From an uncultured bacterium (GTDB lineage: Bacteria > Patescibacteriota > Minisyncoccia > UBA6257 > 2-01-FULL-56-20), in contig OY970126.1 of the NCBI GenBank assembly GCA_963705915.1, positions 687,893 through 751,892 on the forward strand: a stretch of 64,000 nucleotides of DNA, in the 5' to 3' direction. The translations under genes were made by a program, and so were the position numbers. Position 1 is the first letter of the stretch, and each line of letters opens with the position of its first letter. The notes below the pieces were generated by a model. That model was not told where the DNA came from, made no database searches, and saw only the letters and a program-made list of their open reading frames with translations. Shown here piece by piece: positions 36,425 to 45,160 of this stretch.

Positions 36425-36689
36425 GGATATCGGCCTCGGCTAGCTTGTAGGCGGCATCTACGAATCTGTCGATCATTTTTTGCATGCTTTGCATTTCTTT
36501 ATAGACCATATTCATATCCGATTGGACCCTGGATAAAGCAAAACCGAGATGATCGTCTTGATATTTGATTTGCATCATATGCCGTTCCGTGGCGCTCAGG
36601 TGTACTTCAACCATATCAAACTTCGACGTTATTAAGTCTCTCAATGCACGGCTTGCCGAAAGAATTCTTTGTTCCTTTTGATCTTCCAT
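36411..36689 (-). CDS. small coiled-coil hypothetical protein
   Basis: AT-richer ORF; start placed at MEDQKEQ; overlaps the ileS stop by 14 nt. Confidence 0.35.
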   Translation of the reverse strand: MEDQKEQRILSASRALRDLITSKFDMVEVHLSATERHMMQIKYQDDHLGFALSRVQSDMNMVYKEMQSMQKMIDRFVDAAYKLAEADIPKPS

Positions 36690-36769
36690 ACTATCAAGTT
36701 TAGTGATAGCACAAAAGGAAGGCAAGTTCCTTTTAATGATTTTTTAATAAATAAAAATCGGAAATAAAA

Positions 36770-36791
36770 AGCGCCGATAAGCATCGGCGCT
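36770..36791 (-). terminator. intrinsic terminator for gene 36805..37878 (minus strand)
   Basis: perfect 9-bp stem agcgccgat/atcggcgct, loop aagc, T-rich run on the minus strand. Confidence 0.55.
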
Positions 36792-36804
36792 AAGAGACCA
36801 CGTG

Positions 36805-37878
36805 CTAGTCCTCGGCAATTTCTAGGAAAGCAAGCCCGCTTTCTTCGAGCTGACGGACTCTCTCTCGGGTTTTCCCCGTGAGATCCGCCACGGTTTGGAG
36901 CGTGCGATAGGAACCGTCAAAGATTCCGAATCGCAGTGCGAGGGTCCGATACCTATTCTCAGATTCTTTTCTCAATGATTCAAGCCGTCCGTCGGTTGAT
37001 GCTGTAACCAATTTCTCGAAGGTTTCAAATCGGGCAATGGGGAGGTCCTGTGGAATCACAATATCAGGGCGGATAGAAGCGATTACTTCCTTCAGCCGAG
37101 ACATTACACCCCCCAATTCCCTGATCTCACCATAGTTTCTACGAAACCGTTCAACCCGCTGCTTCAGGGCATTAGCCTTCCTGTTCCCGCCCAGTCCGGC
37201 ATCGAATGTGGGGTCAAGATATCGGATTACTGACTTGACGAGATCGGAAAGGTGTCCAGATGCCGTAGGCGCGAAGCCGTATTCAATGCCGATTTGAATC
37301 TGCGAAACATAATGCTCGCCCTTAAGGCAAAAATAGCGGGCAACTATTTCGGCAGATTCGGCCTTCATGAGCAAGAGTTCATCGAAAAGCTGCTTTTGCT
37401 CACCAGCTAGCTCACTGAAAAACTTTTTCTGCCAACGGTAATGAGGGGAAACGATCCTGCCATCTTCCCAGGCGAGGTGAGGGGCATAATGTCCGGGGAC
37501 AACTCTGACGTGCCTCTCTTCACATTGAGAAAAATGGGTTTTCGTCAGCTTCTTGTGCATCGAAGGTATGACCTGGATCACTTCAACTGACGGAGCCCTT
37601 TCGAGAATGAGGCCAATCGCCCAGACGAACGGGTATCCGTCGATGTGGACGAGTTTCGTCGTTGCATTCAACCGTTCGAATGTCCGATGGTTTTTATCGT
37701 GATAGGTCTTCACCAGCACATATCCCGCCTCATTCACACTTTCTGAGTTGATAGCATTCGCGCCGAACAGAGTTGCAGTTTTAGTTGCTTTCGGAATTTT
37801 TTTCTGGAATGTTGGTTGGCGCGGCGTGCAATAGCTGCACCAACTAGAGGGCAAACCATGCACACAATTTTCTGCCAT
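36805..37878 (-). CDS. hypothetical regulator: N-terminal Cys/His motif and C-terminal sigma-70 region-4-like HTH
   Basis: CVHGLPSSWCSYC near the N-terminus; C-terminal RYRTLALRFGIFDGSYRTLQTVADLTGKTRERVRQLEESGLAFLE resembles sigma-70 r4; middle ~250 aa unassigned. Confidence 0.55.
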   Translation of the reverse strand: MAENCVHGLPSSWCSYCTPRQPTFQKKIPKATKTATLFGANAINSESVNEAGYVLVKTYHDKNHRTFERLNATTKLVHIDGYPFVWAIGLILERAPSVEVIQVIPSMHKKLTKTHFSQCEERHVRVVPGHYAPHLAWEDGRIVSPHYRWQKKFFSELAGEQKQLFDELLLMKAESAEIVARYFCLKGEHYVSQIQIGIEYGFAPTASGHLSDLVKSVIRYLDPTFDAGLGGNRKANALKQRVERFRRNYGEIRELGGVMSRLKEVIASIRPDIVIPQDLPIARFETFEKLVTASTDGRLESLRKESENRYRTLALRFGIFDGSYRTLQTVADLTGKTRERVRQLEESGLAFLEIAED

Positions 37879-37941
37879 ATAATCTCCTAAGTTTCTAGCA
37901 GCATTATATCAAGAAATAACCTAAATGGCAAGGCGGGGGTT

Positions 37942-38928
37942 TTACAGCGCGATCCCAACTTTTTTGCGCACTTCTTCCATCTTTTTCTCCGCTACGCGCG
38001 AGGCTTTTTTGCTGCCGGCATTCAGGATCGCAATCAGTTTCTTGGGACTTGAGATGAGATCCGCTTTCTGTTCGCGGAAATCGGCAAAGGTACTTGTCAC
38101 GACTTCGGCAAGTCTCATCTTGAGGGCGGAATAATTTTGGCCATGGAATTCCTCGGCGACGATCTTTGGTTCCATGTGGGTGAGTGCGCCATAAATTTCG
38201 AGTAAGTTTGCAATGCCAGGCTTCTTATGTGGTTCGTAGACAACCTCCGACCCGGAATCGGTGACCGCACGAGCTATCTTCGAGGCAATTTCCTTCGGCG
38301 AATCATCCAAGAAGAGGCATCCCTCGGGCTGTGACTTCGACATCTTCTTTGACGGATCTTTGAGACTCATAATGCGTGCAGTCTTCGTGAGCAGTTCGCG
38401 CGGTTCGCGGAACGTCGTGCCGAATTTTGCATTGAATTTTCGTGCGAGCGTGCGGGTGAGTTCAATGTGCTGCAACTGATCGTCGCCAACCGGCACCACG
38501 TTCGGATTATAAAGAAGAATGTCCGCAGCCATGAGCGCGGGATAGGTGAAGAGGCCGGCGTTCACGTTCGCCGCCTGGCGCGAGGCCTTGTCCTTGTATT
38601 GCGTCATGCGTTCGAGTTCACCCATGGGCGCAAGGGTCGTCAAGATCCACGCGAGCTCGCTGTGCGCCGGCACCTGGGATTGCAAAAAGATGACGGACTT
38701 CTTGGGATTCAATCCCGCCGCCATATAATCCGCCGCGAGATTCAGAATTTGTGCACGCTTCTCGCGCGGTTCAAAATTTTCCGTGAGCGAGTGGAGGTCG
38801 ACGATAGGGAAGTAGCATTCGTATTTTTCCGAATCCTGCAGGTCGTGAAAATTCTTGAGCGCACCGAGATAATTGCCGATGTGCAATCGCCCGGTGGGCT
38901 GCATGCCGGAGACGAGGACGGGTTTCAT
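37942..38928 (-). CDS. trpS: tryptophan--tRNA ligase
   Basis: GxxPTGxLHIGNYLG and KMSKS motifs, about 330 aa; start at MKPVLVSG. Confidence 0.9.
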   Translation of the reverse strand: MKPVLVSGMQPTGRLHIGNYLGALKNFHDLQDSEKYECYFPIVDLHSLTENFEPREKRAQILNLAADYMAAGLNPKKSVIFLQSQVPAHSELAWILTTLAPMGELERMTQYKDKASRQAANVNAGLFTYPALMAADILLYNPNVVPVGDDQLQHIELTRTLARKFNAKFGTTFREPRELLTKTARIMSLKDPSKKMSKSQPEGCLFLDDSPKEIASKIARAVTDSGSEVVYEPHKKPGIANLLEIYGALTHMEPKIVAEEFHGQNYSALKMRLAEVVTSTFADFREQKADLISSPKKLIAILNAGSKKASRVAEKKMEEVRKKVGIAL

Positions 38929-38981
38929 ATGGATATGATAGCACGGAGGAGTAAACTGTATCACCTGACTCCTCGTTGGAG

Positions 38982-39890
38982 TTATTCCTCGCCGATCTTT
39001 AAATTGGATTTTATTTCTTGGATGAGGGTTGTGTAATCGGCTGCGCTTGAGATCCTACTAAGTTCTTTTTCCAATTGACTTGCGATAGATGGCCTTAGCG
39101 TATGTGTTTTAAGATAGTCTCTTATTTCTCCTAGTCTCGCCGGTATTCGCCAATCATTTTTTTTGTTTATGTCAGTCTTAAGTAATTCTATCCTGTTTAT
39201 TATTGCTCCCTGTTGTCCTTTCTTTTCGTATTTTTCGACTTCCAATTCTTTCACGTCAACATCCAGTTCATCAGTTCTATATATTAAGTTTTCTATTTTA
39301 CTTTCTAATTTTGTATTGTAATTTACAGTAGTTTTTTCGAGAGCAGAAATTTTTTCTAGCAATTTACTCTCGAAGGTTAGCATTTCATTTTTTAAAGTCG
39401 ATTCCAATGATGTTTTCATATTTGCAAACTCTTTTTGATTAAGTGCACTAACTTTGCCTAAGATATTTGCTTCGGCAGATAATATTTCGCCCTTGAGAAT
39501 TCCCATTAGGTCGATTTTCATATTTGCAAACTCTTTTTGATTAAGTGCACTAACTTTGCCTAAGATATTTGCTTCGGCAGATAATATTTCACTTTTTGCT
39601 GTAGAAATAACATCTTCTTTTATTCTTTCAATTTCTCGCTTGTTTCCACTTATGTTGAAATATAAATTTACCGAAATCAAAGCGACGAAAATAGTAGCAA
39701 GGATCCCAAGAGTCCAGTAAACAGAATTTAGAGTCTGACTATTGATGACTTGTAAAAGGTCTACTTTAGCGGCGAGAATCTCCAAGTTGTCTGTCGAAGT
39801 TGTTTGAGCGAAGACTTTTGATGGAATGATAGATAAAAAAAGACTTGATAGGAGCAAGCCTTTAATTAATCGTATATACTTATATTTCAT
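38982..39890 (-). CDS. AT-rich signal-peptide/TM-anchored coiled-coil protein with internal tandem repeat
   Basis: signal peptide, one TM helix, long coiled-coil; EILSAEANILGKVSALNQKEFANMK occurs twice. Confidence 0.55.
   Translation of the reverse strand: MKYKYIRLIKGLLLSSLFLSIIPSKVFAQTTSTDNLEILAAKVDLLQVINSQTLNSVYWTLGILATIFVALISVNLYFNISGNKREIERIKEDVISTAKSEILSAEANILGKVSALNQKEFANMKIDLMGILKGEILSAEANILGKVSALNQKEFANMKTSLESTLKNEMLTFESKLLEKISALEKTTVNYNTKLESKIENLIYRTDELDVDVKELEVEKYEKKGQQGAIINRIELLKTDINKKNDWRIPARLGEIRDYLKTHTLRPSIASQLEKELSRISSAADYTTLIQEIKSNLKIGEE
39413..39590. repeat. two copies of a 76-bp perfect direct repeat with 102-bp period (in-frame duplication inside the coiled-coil gene)
   Basis: copy 1 about 39413-39488, copy 2 about 39515-39590; identical sequence ttttcatatttgcaaactctttttgattaagtgcactaactttgcctaagatatttgcttcggcagataatatttc. 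Confidence 0.8.
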
Positions 39891-39899
39891 AAAGTTTTC

Positions 39900-41944
39900 C
39901 TATATCTCAATAATCACCGGCAATATCATCGGACGCCGCTTCGTCTTCGTGTACAAATATTGCCCGACCTGGTCGCGGATCAGGGTCTTCAGATAATCAG
40001 GTTCAACTTCGCGGTAGTTCGGCATCCGAGTGCATGAGTCCGCGGATGCGCTTGCGGATTTCATCGAGGATCTCCTGATTTTCTTTGAGGTAGATAAAGC
40101 CGCGCGAGATGATGTCGGGATTTTTGAGGACGCGGCCTTTGTCGCGGTCCATCGTGAGGATGATGACGATCATGCCTTCGGCGGCGAGCGCGCGGCGGTC
40201 GCGCAAGACGACTTCTTCAACGTCGCCAACGCCGAGGCCGTCTACCATCACGTAGAAGGCGGGGACTTCCTCGCTCGTGACCAAAAATTTTCCCGGCGTG
40301 AGTTCGGCGACCTGGCCGTTGTCCATGAGGATGACGTTTTCTTTCGGGATGCCGACTTCCTGGGCGGAATGGCCGTTCGCGGCGCGCATGAAGTAGTAGC
40401 CGTGCACCGGCACCAAGAATTTCGGCTTGATGAGTTTCATGACGAGCTTCAAGTCGTCTTTCGGCGCATGGCCGGATGAGTGGATGTCGACGAGCGCCGA
40501 GTGATACACCGATCGCGCCTTGGCGCGCGAGATTATCTTTCACGCTTTGCACGCTGCGTTCGTTGCCCGGAATGATGGATGACGACAAGACGAACGTGTC
40601 GCCGGGCTTGATCTTGATGTGCCGGTGTTCGCCGTTGATCATCTTCATGAGGCCGGCGTTCGATTCGCCTTGCGCGCCCGTCGAGAGGATCATGATTTTC
40701 TCATCTTTATACTTCGCCACTTCCTCAACGGAAATGATCGTGCCTTCTTTCGCTTTCACAAAGCCAAGCTTTGCGCGATCTGGATGTTCGTTTTCATCGA
40801 ATAGCCGTTGAGCGCCACTTTGCGCCCGAGTTTTTCGGCGATCTTGATGATCTCCGCGATGCGCGTGAGGAGCGATGCGAATGTTGCGACGATGATGCGG
40901 CCTTCTGCTTTCGCTGAAAATTTCTTCAAGATTGCGCTCCACGGTTTTTTCGGAAACGGAGTGGCCGGGTTTTTCGGCGTTCGTGCTGTCTACCATAAAG
41001 CTGTGAATGCCCATCTTGCCGATACTTTCGAATTCTTCGAGGCCTTGCGGTTCGCCCTCGTCGTTGTAGTCAACGCGAAAGTCGGCGAAGTGCACGATGT
41101 TGCCTGCAGGCGTTTTCATCAAAACGCCCGTCGTTTCGGGAATCGTGTGCGGCACGCCGAAGAAGACGCGCGCCAAAGTTCGGCGAAATTTTCACTTCGG
41201 TCGCCATTCTTTACCGTGATCACATTCATCTTCGGCGAGTTCGGAAAATCTTCCTGCCGTTTTTCGATGATCGCTTTCGTGATCGATGTCGCGTAGATCG
41301 GGGGATTGCCGAGGCGTGCGAGCAAGTGCGGCAACGCGCCGATATGGTCGTAGTGGCCGTGCGTCAAAATGATCGCCGGCGATATTTTCTTTTTTCTTTT
41401 CGAGATATTGGATGTTCGGGATGATGTAGTCGATGCCCGGCGTTTCGTCTTCGGGGAACTGCAACCCGACGTCGATGATGACGATTTCATTCTTATATTC
41501 GAGGAACATGCAGTTGCGGCCGACTTCTTCGAGGCCGCCGAGCGGCACAAAACGGACCGCGTCCGGATTCGGTTTGATTGCTGCGGCGCCTCCGGCGCTT
41601 TCCTGCGCGACAAGCGATTTCGACGGGCCGAATTTCCCCGCGCTCGAAGCTTTCACGGCGCCGGGGTGTCCGCCCGGCATACGATCGCGTCGATCCCGGC
41701 GTGGGCGTTTTGGTCCGCCCGGTCCGCCTGGACCGCGTTCGCGCGAAGGACGTTCACTTGGCGCGTCGCCAGGCGCCGTCTTGCGCGAAGGTTCATCGGC
41801 GGGCCTTTTCGGCTTTTGTTCCGCAGGCGCTCCGGGCTTTGGCCGCGGCCGGATTGTGGGCGGCTTTATCCGCGGCCGCTCCAAAGGAGCCGTCGCGTTG
41901 TGTGGTGCTGCGTTTTGCAGCTCATTGCTATCAGTTTTTTTCAT
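39900..41944 (-). pseudogene. rnj: ribonuclease J, reading frame broken by at least six +/-1 frameshifts; N-terminal Pro/Arg-rich low-complexity extension
   Basis: RNase J-homologous segments (GIDYIIPNIQYL / IILTHGHYDHIG / KFRRTLARVFFGVPHTIPETTG...NIVHFADF / KAEGRIIVATFAS / ILSTGAQGE...SSSIIPGNE / DIHSSGH...KPKF / LYTKTKRRPMILPVIIEI) alternate between minus-strand frames near 41375-41400, 41175-41185, 40910-40927, 40757-40775, 40505-40515 and 40010-40035; at least two shifts sit in homopolymer runs (gaaaa/ttt at about 41175-41185; aaaaagaaaa run at about 41375-41400). Confidence 0.7.
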
Positions 41945-41983
41945 AGTCGCTATGTAATTGTTTTTATTAATTTTTAATCTTTG

Positions 41984-42067
41984 TGCCGAGGAGGAGATTC
42001 GAACTCCTATGACCTTGCGGTCGCTGGTACCTGAAACCAGTGCGTCTGCCAGTTCCGCCACCTCGGC
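41984..42067 (-). tRNA. tRNA-Leu (anticodon CAG), type II with long variable arm
   Basis: manual cloverleaf on the reverse complement: acceptor GCCGAGG/CCTCGGC, anticodon stem CTGGT/ACCAG with loop TTCAGGT, variable arm GACC-GCAA-GGTC, T-arm AGGAG-TTCGAAT-CTCCT, discriminator A. Confidence 0.8.
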
Positions 42068-42258
42068 AGGAAAACGAACATCAAAACTAAGCCTTGTGGC
42101 TCAGTTCTTTTCTCGAGGAAACAGGTTTCATTTCGATTGCGGGAAGAAGGAGGGTTTGTCTTGGAAATTAGAGTATAGCATGGCGTTCATTAAAAAGTCA
42201 AGACATTAAAAAATTATTGAGATAGAGTTGACTTTATTACGCATGGCAATAGACTGTA

Positions 42259-42313
42259 GATATGCCCGCGGGATGACTAATCCCCTTCGGCATATCGCTG
42301 AAGCGGGCATATC
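42259..42313. repeat. 11-bp perfect inverted repeat gatatgcccgc ... gcgggcatatc flanking a 33-nt spacer
   Basis: read directly; lies between tRNA-Leu and DUF4258-like paralog B, abutting the terminator. Confidence 0.5.
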
Positions 42314-42340
42314 AAAAAACACCCGGAAAGGTGTTTTTTG
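42314..42340. terminator. bidirectional intrinsic terminator aaaaaacacc-cggaaa-ggtgtttttt
   Basis: A-run / stem / T-run; 6 nt from the stop of gene 42346..42699. Confidence 0.65.
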
Positions 42341-42345
42341 ATATG

Positions 42346-42699
42346 TTAATAGATGCTAAGAAAATGCTTACTGTCACCCTCAAACTGCCTGATAACCACA
42401 GTCACTTTTTGGCTGCGGATAGTCTTCTTGAAAGCCCAAAATTCTCCTCTCGATATTTTTATCTTTCTTGACTTGGACCGACCGACGAAACGAGCAATTC
42501 CTTCTGCTCTTCTGTAAGAAAATATTGCATTCGGATCGGTGACTATATCTTTCGCATAACGAAGAAGTCGAAATCTTCTTTTTCGCTCACGTGCTGGCCG
42601 TCGAATGCCTCGTTTACGGATAAGATGTCGTAGGCCGATGCTGTTAAAGATGATGTAGTCATGTAGTTTTGGACACCAAATGCGGCTTGGAAATTTCAT
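42346..42699 (-). CDS. small basic protein, paralog B of the two-member family; tentative DUF4258-like
   Basis: homologous to ORF 13656..14123; 117 aa, pI strongly basic; a 7-bp-arm palindrome taatgacatgaccgtcatta lies just upstream (about 42706-42725). Confidence 0.5.
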   Translation of the reverse strand: MKFPSRIWCPKLHDYIIFNSIGLRHLIRKRGIRRPARERKRRFRLLRYAKDIVTDPNAIFSYRRAEGIARFVGRSKSRKIKISRGEFWAFKKTIRSQKVTVVIRQFEGDSKHFLSIY

Positions 42700-42748
42700 C
42701 CAACCATAATGACATGACCGTCATTAAATTTAGGTTAATTTTTTAGCC

Positions 42749-44440
42749 CTACTTGAGCACCCGCGCCGTATCCAAATACCAATTCGGCACGTCGAGGAAC
42801 CGGTCGGACGGATCGATAAGTATCGTGCTGGTTGAAATACCCTGAACATTTTTATCGGTCACGTACACGTAATTTGGTGAATAGAGGAAAATGGCGGGAT
42901 TGTCGTTTACGATGTCCGTCTGCGCCGTTGCAAAATCTGAGGCGACCGCACTGCTCGATGTGTTTTGCTGAGCGTCTTCGATTGCGGCGTCGACTTTCGG
43001 ATTGCTGTAGATTGCGAGATTCAAGCCGGGATAAAATCGCTGCGACGAATCCCAAAAGGCATAGAGATCCGAGCTTGGTCCCAAAACATTGCCGAAGAGG
43101 AGCGCTTCGTAGTTCCGGTTTTTGATGGTCTGGTTCACAATGTCATCCGTGGAGTCGGGAAGAATGTTCACTTGCACGCCGATTGATTGCCACGCGGTTT
43201 GGAGATCACTCGCGGTCTTCGCGAGGAAATCGATTTGCGGCACGGTGAGGTTCACGACGAGCGGAATCATCACGCCGCCTTGGATTTGATAGCGATAGCC
43301 GATCGGAATTTCAGTTTGGCTCGAACTCGCCTCGGCGGCGCTTGTTGAAGCGTCCATCACAACCCAGTCATCGTTCGTGAGCGTGGTCGAAGCAAAATCG
43401 AGCGAAGACGTGGTTACTATGGGCAAATAGTTTGCGGCATTGGGCGGCACCGGCCCGTAATCGGGTACGGCGTTGCCGTCGAAAACGTCGTTCACAAGCG
43501 CCTGCCGGTCGAGCGAGTCGGAGAGCGCTTCGCGGACCAACGGATCCTGGAGTGCCAGGTTGTTGCTTTGTTCAAAGAAGACAGCGTAATAGCTCGACGT
43601 GCGCCATGCGAAAAGATCGTACGGCCGCCCGATCTCGGAAATCGCGTCGGGCGATGCATCGCCAAAGCCGTCAATCTGGCCGTTATTGAATGCGGCGACG
43701 AGCGTGTTCTCATCGTTAAAGAATTGGAAATTGAAATTTTGGATGAGCGGATTCGCGCCGTTGCCCGTCCATGCCTGGAGGTTATATGAGGAAATAAATC
43801 CGTCACTCGATTTATTGTACGAAGCAAATCGATACGGCCCACTGCCTATCGGATTCAAATTGTAATCGGAGAGATGCCAGTTGCCCGGCGGCGTGTCGGC
43901 AAAAAGATGTTTCGGCAATATATATAAATTTTTGAGCGTGTCACCAAAATCGGAGTAGGGATTCACCAAATTGAATTGCACTTCGAGTTCGCTCACGCGA
44001 CTCACGGCCACGCCCTGCCAACTCGTGGCGAGCGGGGAGTTTGCGTCAGGATCCTGGATTGATTGCACGGTGAAGACAACGTCGTCGCTTGTGAGTTTCT
44101 GTCCGTCTTGCCAGGTGAGGCCGTCTTTCAAGTGCACCGTCCACACGCGCGTGTCGGTTGAAACGTCGATGCTGTCAGCGATGTCGCCGAGGTTGCTGTA
44201 GACCATTTTCACGAGATCAAGATCCGTTTGCGACGTTGCGATCACCGGATTCACGTATTCTGGCTGACCGATCATGCCTTCCGTATATTCGCCGCCGGCG
44301 GTCGGCACCGCGCGTGTGACATTCGTGAAGACGATGCCCATCACAACAATAAAGCTCACCACTGCGCCTGCGAACGCGATGATAAAGAGCACGCGCTCAC
44401 CGCGCGTAAATGCTGCAAAGATTTTTTTGAGCCAGTTCAT
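42749..44440 (-). CDS. ABC transporter substrate-binding protein, family 5 (peptide/nickel, OppA/DppA-like), membrane-anchored
   Basis: N-terminal TM anchor; SBP_bac_5-like sequence over about 520 aa. Confidence 0.8.
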   Translation of the reverse strand: MNWLKKIFAAFTRGERVLFIIAFAGAVVSFIVVMGIVFTNVTRAVPTAGGEYTEGMIGQPEYVNPVIATSQTDLDLVKMVYSNLGDIADSIDVSTDTRVWTVHLKDGLTWQDGQKLTSDDVVFTVQSIQDPDANSPLATSWQGVAVSRVSELEVQFNLVNPYSDFGDTLKNLYILPKHLFADTPPGNWHLSDYNLNPIGSGPYRFASYNKSSDGFISSYNLQAWTGNGANPLIQNFNFQFFNDENTLVAAFNNGQIDGFGDASPDAISEIGRPYDLFAWRTSSYYAVFFEQSNNLALQDPLVREALSDSLDRQALVNDVFDGNAVPDYGPVPPNAANYLPIVTTSSLDFASTTLTNDDWVVMDASTSAAEASSSQTEIPIGYRYQIQGGVMIPLVVNLTVPQIDFLAKTASDLQTAWQSIGVQVNILPDSTDDIVNQTIKNRNYEALLFGNVLGPSSDLYAFWDSSQRFYPGLNLAIYSNPKVDAAIEDAQQNTSSSAVASDFATAQTDIVNDNPAIFLYSPNYVYVTDKNVQGISTSTILIDPSDRFLDVPNWYLDTARVLK

Positions 44441-44483
44441 TACAATCGACTAAAAAAACCGGCGAGAACAATGCTCGCCGGGC

Positions 44484-44699
44484 CTATACGTACAATTGAT
44501 ATACCGCGATAGCCACGAATGCGATCACAAGGATGATCGTGAGATAGAAAATGGTTTTTTCCATCCCGCGACGCTGCTGATAATAGCCGCCGCCTTCACC
44601 GCCGCCCAAAAGTCCGGACATGCCGGAACTCCGCTCCTGGAGCAGAATCAAAATGATGATGACGATGGCGACCGCAATTTGGATGATGGATACGAACAT
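44484..44699 (-). CDS. secG: preprotein translocase subunit SecG
   Basis: 71 aa, two TM helices, LLQERSSGMSGLLGGGEGGG glycine-rich loop typical of SecG. Confidence 0.7.
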   Translation of the reverse strand: MFVSIIQIAVAIVIIILILLQERSSGMSGLLGGGEGGGYYQQRRGMEKTIFYLTIILVIAFVAIAVYQLYV

Positions 44700-44715
44700 A
44701 ACGGCGTAGGTTTTA

Positions 44716-45084
44716 TTAGATGAGAACGTGGATGACGAAGTTGACGACGCTCACTACAATCGTTGCAAGGAAGAGCGCCGGAATGGATTGTATTGTAATC
44801 GTTCCATGGAGGAAGTCAATGTGTTCTGCGAGGATCGGGAGCAAATAAATGATAATGGCGTTTACGATGATGATGCCGAGGCCAAGCGTGAGGAGGATAA
44901 CGGGCCCAAGCACCAGCGTGAGGACCGGTTTTAATAAAAAGTTAAGGATTGCCAAGACGAACCCCATGAGAAGATATTGCGCGAACGTTGCCGTGATCAC
45001 AAATCCCGGCACCCAGATATTTGCGAGCCAAAGCGCAAGTGCGCAGCCGAGCGTTGTGAGGATAACCTTGAGGAGCCAGTGCAT
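44716..45084 (-). CDS. DUF360 / Phage_holin_4_2 family membrane protein (YvlD-like)
   Basis: LKPVLTLVLGPVILLTLGLGIIIVNAIIIYL matches the DUF360 core. Confidence 0.6.
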   Translation of the reverse strand: MHWLLKVILTTLGCALALWLANIWVPGFVITATFAQYLLMGFVLAILNFLLKPVLTLVLGPVILLTLGLGIIIVNAIIIYLLPILAEHIDFLHGTITIQSIPALFLATIVVSVVNFVIHVLI

Positions 45085-45160
45085 CCCTTAATGATAGCAA
45101 AATAAAAAAGAAGACCCTTGTGTCGGTTAACGACAAGGGTCTTGGTGAATCTACTGCTAT

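Noticed and set aside
40476-41977. Numerous 100-200-aa ORFs on the plus strand and in alternative minus frames
   Set aside because: GC-rich shadow ORFs of the RNase J coding region. Their translations are Arg/Pro/Ala-rich without motifs.
41945-42061. N-terminal 39 codons of ORF 41192..42061 overlapping tRNA-Leu
   Set aside because: Runs through the tRNA-Leu gene on the same strand. The RNase J N-terminus more plausibly starts at the internal ATG (41944).
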